A stretch of DNA of 64,000 nt from an uncultured Chloroflexia bacterium (GTDB lineage: Bacteria; Chloroflexota; Limnocylindria; QHBO01), in assembly GCA_963814375.1 (NCBI GenBank), contig CAWFCQ010000008.1:233297-297296 (forward strand), written 5' to 3'. The position numbers and the translations under genes were made by a program. Positions within the stretch are counted from its first letter, which is position 1, and the number at the start of each line of letters is the position of its first letter. The notes beneath the pieces were generated by a model. That model was not told the origin of the DNA. It searched no databases and saw only the letters and a program-made list of their open reading frames with translations. Of this stretch, positions 1 to 11,506 are shown piece by piece.

Positions 1-188
1 CGTTCGATCTTCCCGGCGAGGGTCTGGAAGCGAAGGTCCCAGTAAGCCATGTGTCCGAGCACGCCGGCCACCGTCCAGTACTCGTTCACCGGAGCCATGA
101 GTGCCTCGTCGTCCAGGCCGTCCACCAGCGCCCGCAGCCGTTCTCGCTGGCGCGCGTTTGCCTCGATGTAGGGTCGTTCATCGGTCAT
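1..188 (-). CDS. DinB/DinB_2-like superfamily protein, N-terminal part only (continues beyond window start)
   Basis: Reverse complement of 1-188 starts with ATG (186-188) and reads MTDERPYIEANARQRERLRALVDGLDDEALMAPVNEYWTVAGVLGHMAYWDLRFQTLAGKIE. Third codon positions are GC-rich. Absent from the ORF track because no stop lies in the window. Family call rests only on the W...H helix pattern. Confidence 0.4.
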   Translation of the reverse strand, partial: MTDERPYIEANARQRERLRALVDGLDDEALMAPVNEYWTVAGVLGHMAYWDLRFQTLAGKIE

Positions 189-242
189 GCGCTCACCATA
201 CCGTCAGAGACGTCCTCGGCGGGGGACTGCCGTATGCCCCGA

Positions 243-272
243 TTGACGCTTCACCATGCCAGCGTGTAGGAT
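243..272 (+). promoter_or_regulatory. sigma70-like promoter candidate for the 16S rRNA gene (TTGACG-18 nt-TAGGAT)
   Basis: TTGACG at 243-248 and TAGGAT at 267-272, about 250 nt upstream of mature 16S. Motif match only. Confidence 0.4.
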
Positions 273-421
273 TCGTCTTCGCGTCGGCGTAAGCCGGCCG
301 ATTCATCACGAACGGCGGCCACGGGCCGCGCCGCGTGGAGAGTCCGAGTAGGCCTCAAGAGGAGTGCTCGAATCGAACGAAGCCGAACCCGCGTCCGCGG
401 ATGAGGCAGAGTGGCTTACCA

Positions 422-442
422 GCTGAAGAGTGACAGGAATCC
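422..442 (+). repeat. 5' arm of the 16S precursor processing helix (pairs with 2177-2197)
   Basis: gctgaagagtgacaggaatcc is the perfect 21-nt reverse complement of ggattcctgtcactcttcagc at 2177-2197. The two arms bracket the 16S gene as an RNase III-type stem would. Confidence 0.8.
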
Positions 443-524
443 ACACGAGTCAGCGGGACAACGTCGAACTCTAAACCGGTGGAGCAGCACCAGAACGTCT
501 GGGGCAAGACCACTGGTTTCGTTT

Positions 525-2033
<1,509 letters not shown>

Positions 2034-2176
2034 GGGAGATATGTGGAGCCGGTTCGCCGGATCCACCGATCCCAGGTCGATCGGCCAGCTCACCGCAAGG
2101 ACCGGTGCTCGAGGGAGCATCGGTGAATGAGCTGGACGCCCTCGAAGTCAGACGACCTGATTCCCGCTGATAACGC

Positions 2177-2197
2177 GGATTCCTGTCACTCTTCAGC
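2177..2197 (+). repeat. 3' arm of the 16S precursor processing helix (pairs with 422-442)
   Basis: Perfect 21-nt complement of 422-442. Confidence 0.8.
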
Positions 2198-2207
2198 CGC
2201 CAAGCCG

Positions 2208-2245
2208 AAGGCCGCCCTTTCGTTGGGGCGGCCTTTTCGTTTCTC
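2208..2245 (+). terminator. Intrinsic terminator-like hairpin directly after the 16S processing stem
   Basis: aaggccgccc (2208-2217), loop tttcgttg, gggcggcctt (2226-2235): a 10-bp GC-rich stem followed by ttcgtttctc. Confidence 0.6.
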
Positions 2246-2296
2246 AGAGCGGCTCGGCCCAGGGAACGTCCGTGGTCGACCGTCGGTGGCGGCGGG

Positions 2297-2515
2297 TCAG
2301 AGCACCCCGATCCAGCGCACCACCGCGTAGACAACCACGGCGACGAGAATCGCGCCGACGATCCAGGTGCCACTACGGCGGGCGTTCTCGCTCACGGGCT
2401 GCCCGTAGGGATTGTCGACCCGCTGCCGGCTTTCCTCCCGCCGGGCATCGTTCTCGTGCCAGTCCTGCGGCGTCATCGTCATGTCCCGAGCATACGACTC
2501 CGGTTCCGTCCCCAT
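2297..2515 (-). CDS. Small hypothetical protein with one C-terminal transmembrane helix
   Basis: ORF track 72 aa ending in TWIVGAILVAVVVYAVVRWIGVL. I counted 61 of 71 third codon positions as G/C, unlike the Arg-rich overlapping + strand ORFs. No clear SD; the start could be an internal ATG. Confidence 0.4.
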   Translation of the reverse strand: MGTEPESYARDMTMTPQDWHENDARREESRQRVDNPYGQPVSENARRSGTWIVGAILVAVVVYAVVRWIGVL

Positions 2516-2544
2516 CGGCCGATCGGCTTGCGCGCCCGGTGATT

Positions 2545-2559
2545 CCCCGTGCTACGATG
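2545..2559 (+). promoter_or_regulatory. Extended -10-like box (CCCCGT-GCTACGATG) 13 nt upstream of tRNA-Ile
   Basis: tgcTACGAT at 2550-2558. A near-identical box lies before tRNA-Ala at 5747-5763. Confidence 0.35.
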
Positions 2560-2571
2560 CCGCCTCCCGAG

Positions 2572-2648
2572 GGGCGTTTAGCTCAGCTGGTTAGAGCACT
2601 GCCCTGATAAGGCAGAGGTCTCTGGTTCGAGTCCAGAAACGCCCACCA
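2572..2648 (+). tRNA. tRNA-Ile (anticodon GAU), CCA encoded
   Basis: Cloverleaf folded by hand: acceptor GGGCGTT/AACGCCC, anticodon stem CTGCC/GGCAG with loop CTGATAA, T-loop TTCGAGT, discriminator A, then CCA. Confidence 0.95.
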
Positions 2649-2677
2649 CCTCACCTCCCTCGACCGATGGAGCGCCC

Positions 2678-3478
2678 GTGTCCTCAGACCCGGCCGGCAC
2701 CGAGCCGATGACCGACGCGCGCCCGATGGGAGTCCTGGACGCACCGAACGACGGCCGCGCGCTGCACGCGACCATCAACGGCGTCGTCTATGCGCGGCAT
2801 CCGGTTCGGACCCATCTCGTCACCGCCGCCGACGACGCCGCGCAGGTGGTCGGTCGCTACGCAGGCGCGCTCGGGGACGACGTGCGCCTTGTCGCGGTCA
2901 GCGAGCGCATGGTCGCGATCACGCAGGGCCGTTCCTATCCGATCGATGAGATCCAGCCGGGGCGGCTGGCGAGGTTCCTCGAGCGGTATGTGACGCGGCC
3001 CGGCTACGGCATCGGCCTGGGATCGGCGCAGACGATGCAGCTGGCGATCGACGAGGTCGGCGCGCCGAGGATCCTTCTGGCCGCCGCGGCATCGGCGGTG
3101 ACGAAGCCCTTCGGCGTCCACGGCGTCTTCTACCGCGTGGCAGGACCGCAGGCGAAGGCGATCGACGGCCCGACGTCGTACACCATCCCGCCGTACAACA
3201 AGGCCGCCACGCTCGGGCCGAGCAGGCCCGACGACGCGGCGCGCGGCCTGGCTGCCGCGGTCGGCATTCCGGTTGCGATCATCGACGCCAACGACGCCGG
3301 CTGCGCGGTGCTCGGCGCCAGCCCGGGCGTCGATCGTCGCTTCGTCGCCCGTCTCTTCGCCGACAACCCGCTCGGACAGGCGCGGGAGCAGACCCCCATG
3401 TGCGTCGTGCGCGAGGTCGCCTGGCCGCCAGACCAGGATCTTCCCCCCGAGCCTCGTCGTCGGCTGACCCCACCCTAG
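2678..3478 (+). CDS. F420-0:gamma-glutamyl ligase (CofE/PF01996)-family protein; function uncertain
   Basis: ORF track 266 aa. GGAG lies 7 nt before the GTG start. Motifs VAVSERMVAITQGR, AIDGPTS, VAIIDANDAG and NPLGQAREQTPMCVVR resemble the CofE motifs ISKAEGR, IDASN, ITDTNGR and LMGE..IPVVVR. Similarity judged from memory, not searched. Confidence 0.55.
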   Translation: MSSDPAGTEPMTDARPMGVLDAPNDGRALHATINGVVYARHPVRTHLVTAADDAAQVVGRYAGALGDDVRLVAVSERMVAITQGRSYPIDEIQPGRLARFLERYVTRPGYGIGLGSAQTMQLAIDEVGAPRILLAAAASAVTKPFGVHGVFYRVAGPQAKAIDGPTSYTIPPYNKAATLGPSRPDDAARGLAAAVGIPVAIIDANDAGCAVLGASPGVDRRFVARLFADNPLGQAREQTPMCVVREVAWPPDQDLPPEPRRRLTPP

Positions 3479-3489
3479 GCGGTGCATCC

Positions 3490-4350
3490 GTGGCCAGCCC
3501 GACTGCTCGCCAGCTCATCCTGACGCTCTCGTGCCCCGATGGGCGAGGGATCGTGGCGCGAGTCGCGGGCCTCATTGCGGCCGGCGATGGAAACATCATC
3601 GACAGCCACCAGTTCGGCGATCCTGACGCGGGCCGGTTCTTCATGCGAATCCACTTCGACGCCGCCGGGCGGCCGCTGGAGGAGTGGCGCGCCACACTCG
3701 CGCCGCTGGCCGTCGAGCTCGAGATGACGTGGGAGCTCCATGACGTCGCCGTTCGCCCCCGCGTCCTGGTGCTGGTCTCGCGCGAGGGCCACTGCCTTAA
3801 CGACCTCCTCTACCGCTGGCGGACCGGGTCCATCGCCGGCGACGTCGTCGGGGTCGCGTCGCCGTACGCCGACTTCGCTGAGCTGGCGGCTGCCTACGGT
3901 GTGCCCTGGCACACGCTCCCCGGAACTGGCGCCGCGCGGGGCGAGCTCGACCGTGCGCTCCTCGACCTCGTGGACCAGGATGCCGTGGATCTCGTCGTCC
4001 TCGCCCGCTTCATGCAGGTGCTCGGCGACGAGGCGTGTGCCGCACTCGCCGGGAGAGCGATCAACATCCACCACTCGTTCCTGCCGTCGTTCAAGGGGGC
4101 CAGGCCGTATCGCCAGGCGCACGACCGCGGCGTGAAGCTCATCGGTGCCACCGCGCATTACGTGACCGAGGAGCTCGACGAAGGCCCGATCATCGAGCAG
4201 GAGGTGGCGCGGGTCGATCACGCGCACAGCGTCGCCGAGATGGCGCACAACGGCCGTGATGTCGAATGCGTCGCGTTAGCACGCGCGGTTCGCTGGCACG
4301 TCGAGCACCGCGTCCTGCTCCATGGGCGGCGCACCGTCGTCTTTCGCTGA
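3490..4350 (+). CDS. purU: Formyltetrahydrofolate deformylase
   Basis: N-terminal ACT-like region LILTLSCPDGRGIVARVAG; formyltransferase core INIHHSFLPSFKGARPY and GATAHYVTEELDEGPII. Start moved to in-frame GTG 3490, just after the upstream stop at 3478. Confidence 0.9.
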   Translation: MASPTARQLILTLSCPDGRGIVARVAGLIAAGDGNIIDSHQFGDPDAGRFFMRIHFDAAGRPLEEWRATLAPLAVELEMTWELHDVAVRPRVLVLVSREGHCLNDLLYRWRTGSIAGDVVGVASPYADFAELAAAYGVPWHTLPGTGAARGELDRALLDLVDQDAVDLVVLARFMQVLGDEACAALAGRAINIHHSFLPSFKGARPYRQAHDRGVKLIGATAHYVTEELDEGPIIEQEVARVDHAHSVAEMAHNGRDVECVALARAVRWHVEHRVLLHGRRTVVFR

Positions 4351-4358
4351 CCAGCCGC

Positions 4359-5687
4359 TCAGGCCGGGTCGATAACCGAGAACAGCTGCCACGATCCGTC
4401 GAAGCCCTTCAGGGTCCTCCGGCCCACATCGGCGAAGGTGATGCCCGATCCGGCCACGAGGTCGCGCACCGTGCTCGAGACCAGGATCTCGCCCGCAGCC
4501 GCCTCGCCGGCAACTCGCGCGCCGATGTTGACGGCGATGCCGGCGACCTTGTCGCCGAGGACCTCGACCTCGCCGGTGTGCAGGCCGGCCCGCAGCCCGA
4601 GGCCGAGGTCCGCGACACCGGCCATGATGGCCCGCGCGCAGCGGATGGCTCGGGCCGGGCCGTCGAAGGTGGCGAAGAACCCGTCCCCCGCGGTATCCAC
4701 CTCGCGACCGTCGAACCGGGTCAGCTCTCGTCGAATCGCTGTGTGATGCTGCTCGAGGAGGTCGCGCCAGCGGCGATCGCCCAGCGACGCCGCCATCTCG
4801 CTCGACGTCACCAGGTCGGTGAACAGGATCGTCACGAGCACGCGATCGGGGCTGGCGGTCTCGCGCGTGCCGGTGAGGAACTCGCGGATCTCGGCGACGG
4901 TCGGCTCCGGGTCGAACCACGGAACGTGATCGGACCCGGGCAGCTCGACGTAGCGCGCGCCCGGGATGTGGCGTGCCAGGTACCGGCCGTTCTCGACGTG
5001 GCAGACGCGGTCATCGGCGGCATGGATGACGAGGGTCGGGACGTTGACGGTGGGCACGACATCACGCACGTCGATCTCGAATGCCATGCGCATGAACGCC
5101 TCGGCCGCGCTGGGGGTCGCCGCGTTGAGCTGCACTTTGGCCCGCCAGGCGCGGGCCCACTCGAGGCCATTCACGCTCGGCGCGATCTGCCAGATCCCGG
5201 TCCCGCCACCCCAGCGGCCGGCAAGGCCGGCCATGTTCGCCTCGTGCTCCTCGACGGTGGCCTCGCCCCAGGGCCACTCCTCGTCGGTGCGCTCGCGCAC
5301 CTCCCCGCCCTGAAGGATCAGCGCCGACGTGCGCTCCGGATGCGCGGCCGCGAAGAGAAGCGCCAGCGGCCCGCCCTCGGACTCCCCGATGATGGCGGCG
5401 CGCTCGCTGCCGACCGCATCCATGATCGCGCGGATGTCGTCCATCCGATCCTCGAGCGTTGTGGCGCCCGGTACCCGATCCGACATGCCGTACCCGCGTT
5501 TGTCGAAGAGGATGAGCCGGGTGAACTCGGCCAGGCGCTCGCAGTAGTGACGGAAGGCGGGCAGCTCCCAGTACACGTCGAGGTGTGTATACGAGCCCTG
5601 CGCGTAGACGAGATCGATCGGTCCATCCCCCACGACGCGGTACGCCACGTTGACGTCGCCGCTGCGGGCGAAGCGAACCTCGGTCAC
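4359..5687 (-). CDS. alpha/beta-hydrolase fused to a class III adenylate/guanylate cyclase domain (same architecture as M. tuberculosis Rv1900c/LipJ)
   Basis: N-terminal half has a GESEGG nucleophile elbow and HAADD/GSDH motifs. C-terminal half has cyclase motifs ILFTDLVTSSE, DTAGDGFFATF, RAGLHTGEV and NIGARV. Start trimmed to GTG 5687, because the upstream 111 codons of the track ORF are antisense to tRNA-Ala. Confidence 0.85.
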   Translation of the reverse strand: MTEVRFARSGDVNVAYRVVGDGPIDLVYAQGSYTHLDVYWELPAFRHYCERLAEFTRLILFDKRGYGMSDRVPGATTLEDRMDDIRAIMDAVGSERAAIIGESEGGPLALLFAAAHPERTSALILQGGEVRERTDEEWPWGEATVEEHEANMAGLAGRWGGGTGIWQIAPSVNGLEWARAWRAKVQLNAATPSAAEAFMRMAFEIDVRDVVPTVNVPTLVIHAADDRVCHVENGRYLARHIPGARYVELPGSDHVPWFDPEPTVAEIREFLTGTRETASPDRVLVTILFTDLVTSSEMAASLGDRRWRDLLEQHHTAIRRELTRFDGREVDTAGDGFFATFDGPARAIRCARAIMAGVADLGLGLRAGLHTGEVEVLGDKVAGIAVNIGARVAGEAAAGEILVSSTVRDLVAGSGITFADVGRRTLKGFDGSWQLFSVIDPA

Positions 5688-5746
5688 GCGACGAGGGTCA
5701 CGGTCGCATCGGAGGCTGTCAAGGCGCAGACGCGCTGGGCCGGATG

Positions 5747-5763
5747 CCCCGTTTGCTACGATG
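5747..5763 (+). promoter_or_regulatory. Extended -10-like box (CCCCGTTTGCTACGATG) 12 nt upstream of tRNA-Ala
   Basis: TGc-TACGAT at 5754-5762. Same box as before tRNA-Ile. Confidence 0.35.
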
Positions 5764-5774
5764 GGCGTTCCGGT

Positions 5775-5850
5775 GGGGATGTAGCTCAGCTGGGAGAGCA
5801 CCTCCTTTGCAAGGAGGGGGTCAGGGGTTCGAGTCCCCTCATCTCCACCA
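5775..5850 (+). tRNA. tRNA-Ala (anticodon UGC), CCA encoded
   Basis: Acceptor GGGGATG/CATCTCC including the G3:U70 alanine identity pair. Anticodon stem CCTCC/GGAGG with loop TTTGCAA. T-loop TTCGAGT. Confidence 0.95.
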
Positions 5851-6102
5851 TCTCGATCCGCTCGCTTTCGCTGCGCGTCGGCGACCCAGCGTCGCGGCTG
5901 ACCGCGGTTGCGTTCTCTGTGGACCCCGAACTGGGAAGGATTGCGACGCCGAACGGGGCTTGATATTCCTGACCGTCGTGGGTATCTCAGAAGACGTGCG
6001 CCAGATGCAGGAGTCGACAACCGCGGCCGTATGGTCGGCTCGCCGAGAATAATCCCGCGATGGTTACCGATCCTGCGCGCTAGCTACCCGCCCGTGGTTC
6101 GG

Positions 6103-6131
6103 TTGACCGTGTTCGGGGCGGCTGGTAAAGT
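6103..6131 (+). promoter_or_regulatory. sigma70-like promoter candidate for 23S-5S (TTGACC-17 nt-TAAAGT)
   Basis: Hexamers at 6103-6108 and 6126-6131, about 215 nt upstream of 23S. Motif match only. Confidence 0.35.
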
Positions 6132-6323
6132 AGGCGGGCTCTCGCGGGGAGACCGCCGAAGGTCATCCTCGCGATCGTTGCGCACAAGCCCCAGAGACGA
6201 CCTCGGTCTTTCCGACCGCGCGTCTCGGCGCCTGCGCGACGGGCCTTATCAATCGAAGAGTGGAAGCATCGATTTCGTCGAGGATTTTCCGACGCGACCG
6301 CAGACGTTTGTCGCCGCCAGCAC

Positions 6324-6341
6324 CGTGCTAGCCGCGTGAAC
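6324..6341 (+). repeat. 5' arm of the 23S precursor processing helix (pairs with 9423-9440)
   Basis: cgtgctagccgcgtgaac pairs with gttcacgcgactagcacg: 17 Watson-Crick pairs plus one G:U over 18 positions, flanking 23S. Confidence 0.75.
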
Positions 6342-6347
6342 GCTGTA

Positions 6348-9422
<3,075 letters not shown>

Positions 9423-9440
9423 GTTCACGCGACTAGCACG
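9423..9440 (+). repeat. 3' arm of the 23S precursor processing helix
   Basis: Complement of 6324-6341. Confidence 0.75.
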
Positions 9441-9549
9441 CTGCTGGATCGCGCTCGGAAGGTGGCCGCCGCGCCACCGTCCACGATGATTCGACGCTTC
9501 CACCCTTCGACGCGCCCGCTCAGCGGGCGTCGGTCGGCAATTGAAGATC

Positions 9550-9670
<121 letters not shown>

Positions 9671-9719
9671 ATTTCACGTAAATGCAAGCCCTGCCGGTTT
9701 CACCGGTGGGGCGCTTGCT

Positions 9720-10454
9720 ATGCTCCGGGCCGTGGATCGCGTCTGCCCACTGCTCGGCCTGGCCGGCGATCGTCGCACGGCCGTGGATGGGGTCGACGGG
9801 GCGCACCGTTGCCACGCCGATGAACCGCCGACGCCGCTCGATCGGAACCTCCAGGCGCAGCTCTGCCTGACGCCCGCGCACGAGCGCTGCGAGCGCTACC
9901 TCCAGTACCTCACGCGGACTGGAACGATGACGCCGGGCCGATCGACGCTGGCCGACGGACTCATCTCGACGCGCATGCTGCTTGCCCCGCAACCGCCATG
10001 GCGCGGCCTGGCCGGCACGGCGCGACGGCCTCGGCCCGCACCGCTGGTCGCGACCGGCGGCGCCGTGGTCCTGCTCGGTGTCGCGGGCGTGGCGCTCGCC
10101 AGCGGGCTGCTGGGGCGCGAGCCAGGCGCAGTCGCGATGAGCGCGAGTCCCAACCCAACCGATGGACCCACGCCGCTCCAGACACCTTCGATCGCCCCCA
10201 CGCCGTCGCCAACCGCGACCCCGTTACCCACGCCGAGTCCGACCCCGCTTGCGACACCCGCGCCGACGCCAACGCCTGTCCCAGCCACGCCGGTACCGAC
10301 GCCCGTCCCGGCTCAGACCTATGTCGTCGTCGCCGGCGACAACCTCGCCCTGATCGCCGACCGATTCGGGACGACGGTGCAGGCGCTCATGGCGGCCAAC
10401 GGGCTCGAGAATCCGAACGTCATCACCATCGGGCAGGTCCTGATCATCCCCTGA
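9720..10454 (+). CDS. LysM domain protein: Cys/His-rich N-terminal region, one TM helix, Pro/Thr-rich linker
   Basis: ORF track 244 aa. C-terminus [44 protein letters not shown] is a LysM repeat. TM helix [24 protein letters not shown]-rich linker. Confidence 0.8.
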   Translation: MLRAVDRVCPLLGLAGDRRTAVDGVDGAHRCHADEPPTPLDRNLQAQLCLTPAHERCERYLQYLTRTGTMTPGRSTLADGLISTRMLLAPQPPWRGLAGTARRPRPAPLVATGGAVVLLGVAGVALASGLLGREPGAVAMSASPNPTDGPTPLQTPSIAPTPSPTATPLPTPSPTPLATPAPTPTPVPATPVPTPVPAQTYVVVAGDNLALIADRFGTTVQALMAANGLENPNVITIGQVLIIP

Positions 10455-10460
10455 GCGCCG

Positions 10461-11279
10461 TCAGAACGGCGGCTGGCAGGTCCGGCAGAACGTCGTCGCC
10501 TCGCGCCCTCCGATCTGGCGCAGCTCGCGACCGCAGCGCGGGCACGGCTCACCGCCGCGCAGATGGACCTTGAGGAACTCGCGATGCTGGGTCTGGATCT
10601 CGGGCGGCACGAGGCCGCGCAGCCGCTGCTGAGCATCGCCGAGGACCTCGCGCATCGCCACGTACAGCCGGCCGACATCGGCGTCGGAGATGGTGCTTCG
10701 CTTGCGAAAAGGCGCCAGCTGCGCCGTCCACAGGATCTCGTCGCTGTACGCATTGCCGATGCCCGCGACGAAGCGCGGGTTGCGCAGGAGCGGCTTCAGC
10801 TCACCGGGGTGGCGGCGAATGCGCTGGCGGAAGAGGTCCAGCGTGAGCTCCGGATCGTCGGCGTCCGGCCCCATCTCGGGCCAGCCGGGGATGTCATCCA
10901 TCCCATCGGGGGCGACGAGGTACAGCTTGCCGAGCATCTCGCGGTCCACGTAGCGGAGGTCCTCTTCCCCGTCGAGGCCGATCTGGAGCCCGGTCCGCGC
11001 GCGGACGCGCTCTCGGCTGGCGGTGATCCAGAATCGGCCGGCGAGCATCGGGTTGGCAGCCAGGATGCGATCGGGACGACCATCGCGCTCGAACGGCAGC
11101 ATGAGGAACTTGCCGCGACGTCCAGCGGCGCCGATGACGCTGCCGACCAGCCCTTCCAGCTCCTCCGGCGTGGCCCGCACCAGAATCGGTGCCGGCGCGG
11201 CCACGCGTAGGACGCGGCGGCCGACGATGCGTCGGCCCAGCTCCTCGGCCACGACCGTCAGATCAGGCAGCTCAGGCAC
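10461..11279 (-). CDS. mutM: Formamidopyrimidine-DNA glycosylase (Fpg/Nei family)
   Basis: Start set at GTG 11279, giving (M)PELPDLTVVAEEL, the catalytic PELPE N-terminus. C-terminal zinc finger CPRCGRELRQIGGREATTFCRTC. Confidence 0.9.
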   Translation of the reverse strand: MPELPDLTVVAEELGRRIVGRRVLRVAAPAPILVRATPEELEGLVGSVIGAAGRRGKFLMLPFERDGRPDRILAANPMLAGRFWITASRERVRARTGLQIGLDGEEDLRYVDREMLGKLYLVAPDGMDDIPGWPEMGPDADDPELTLDLFRQRIRRHPGELKPLLRNPRFVAGIGNAYSDEILWTAQLAPFRKRSTISDADVGRLYVAMREVLGDAQQRLRGLVPPEIQTQHREFLKVHLRGGEPCPRCGRELRQIGGREATTFCRTCQPPF

Positions 11280-11506
11280 GGCGCGGGGACCCCATTGGAG
11301 CGTATGGTATGCTCTCGCGGCCGTGTGGCAGACAACCCCATAAGTCCGCGCGTGAGCGCGTCGTTCCCTTCGGCATGCGTAAAGGAGCACCGAGTCGTCC
11401 TAAGAGACAGCAGGCAGCACCTGACAGCGACGAACGGTGATGAACGCCCTCCACGCGGAGGGCGTTGTTGCTGTCGCGGACTTCATCGACAGGAGCGTAT
11501 GTTCAT

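Noticed and set aside
5688-6020. N-terminal 111 codons of track ORF 4359..6020 (-).
   Set aside because: This part is antisense to tRNA-Ala and gives the tell-tale GTRTPDPLLAKEVLSQLSYIP peptide. The hydrolase domain begins right after an in-frame GTG at 5687.
9671-9719. Riboswitch (for example the c-di-AMP ydaO class) upstream of the LysM protein gene.
   Set aside because: Only about 50 nt separate 5S from the ATG, and only a weak imperfect hairpin is present.
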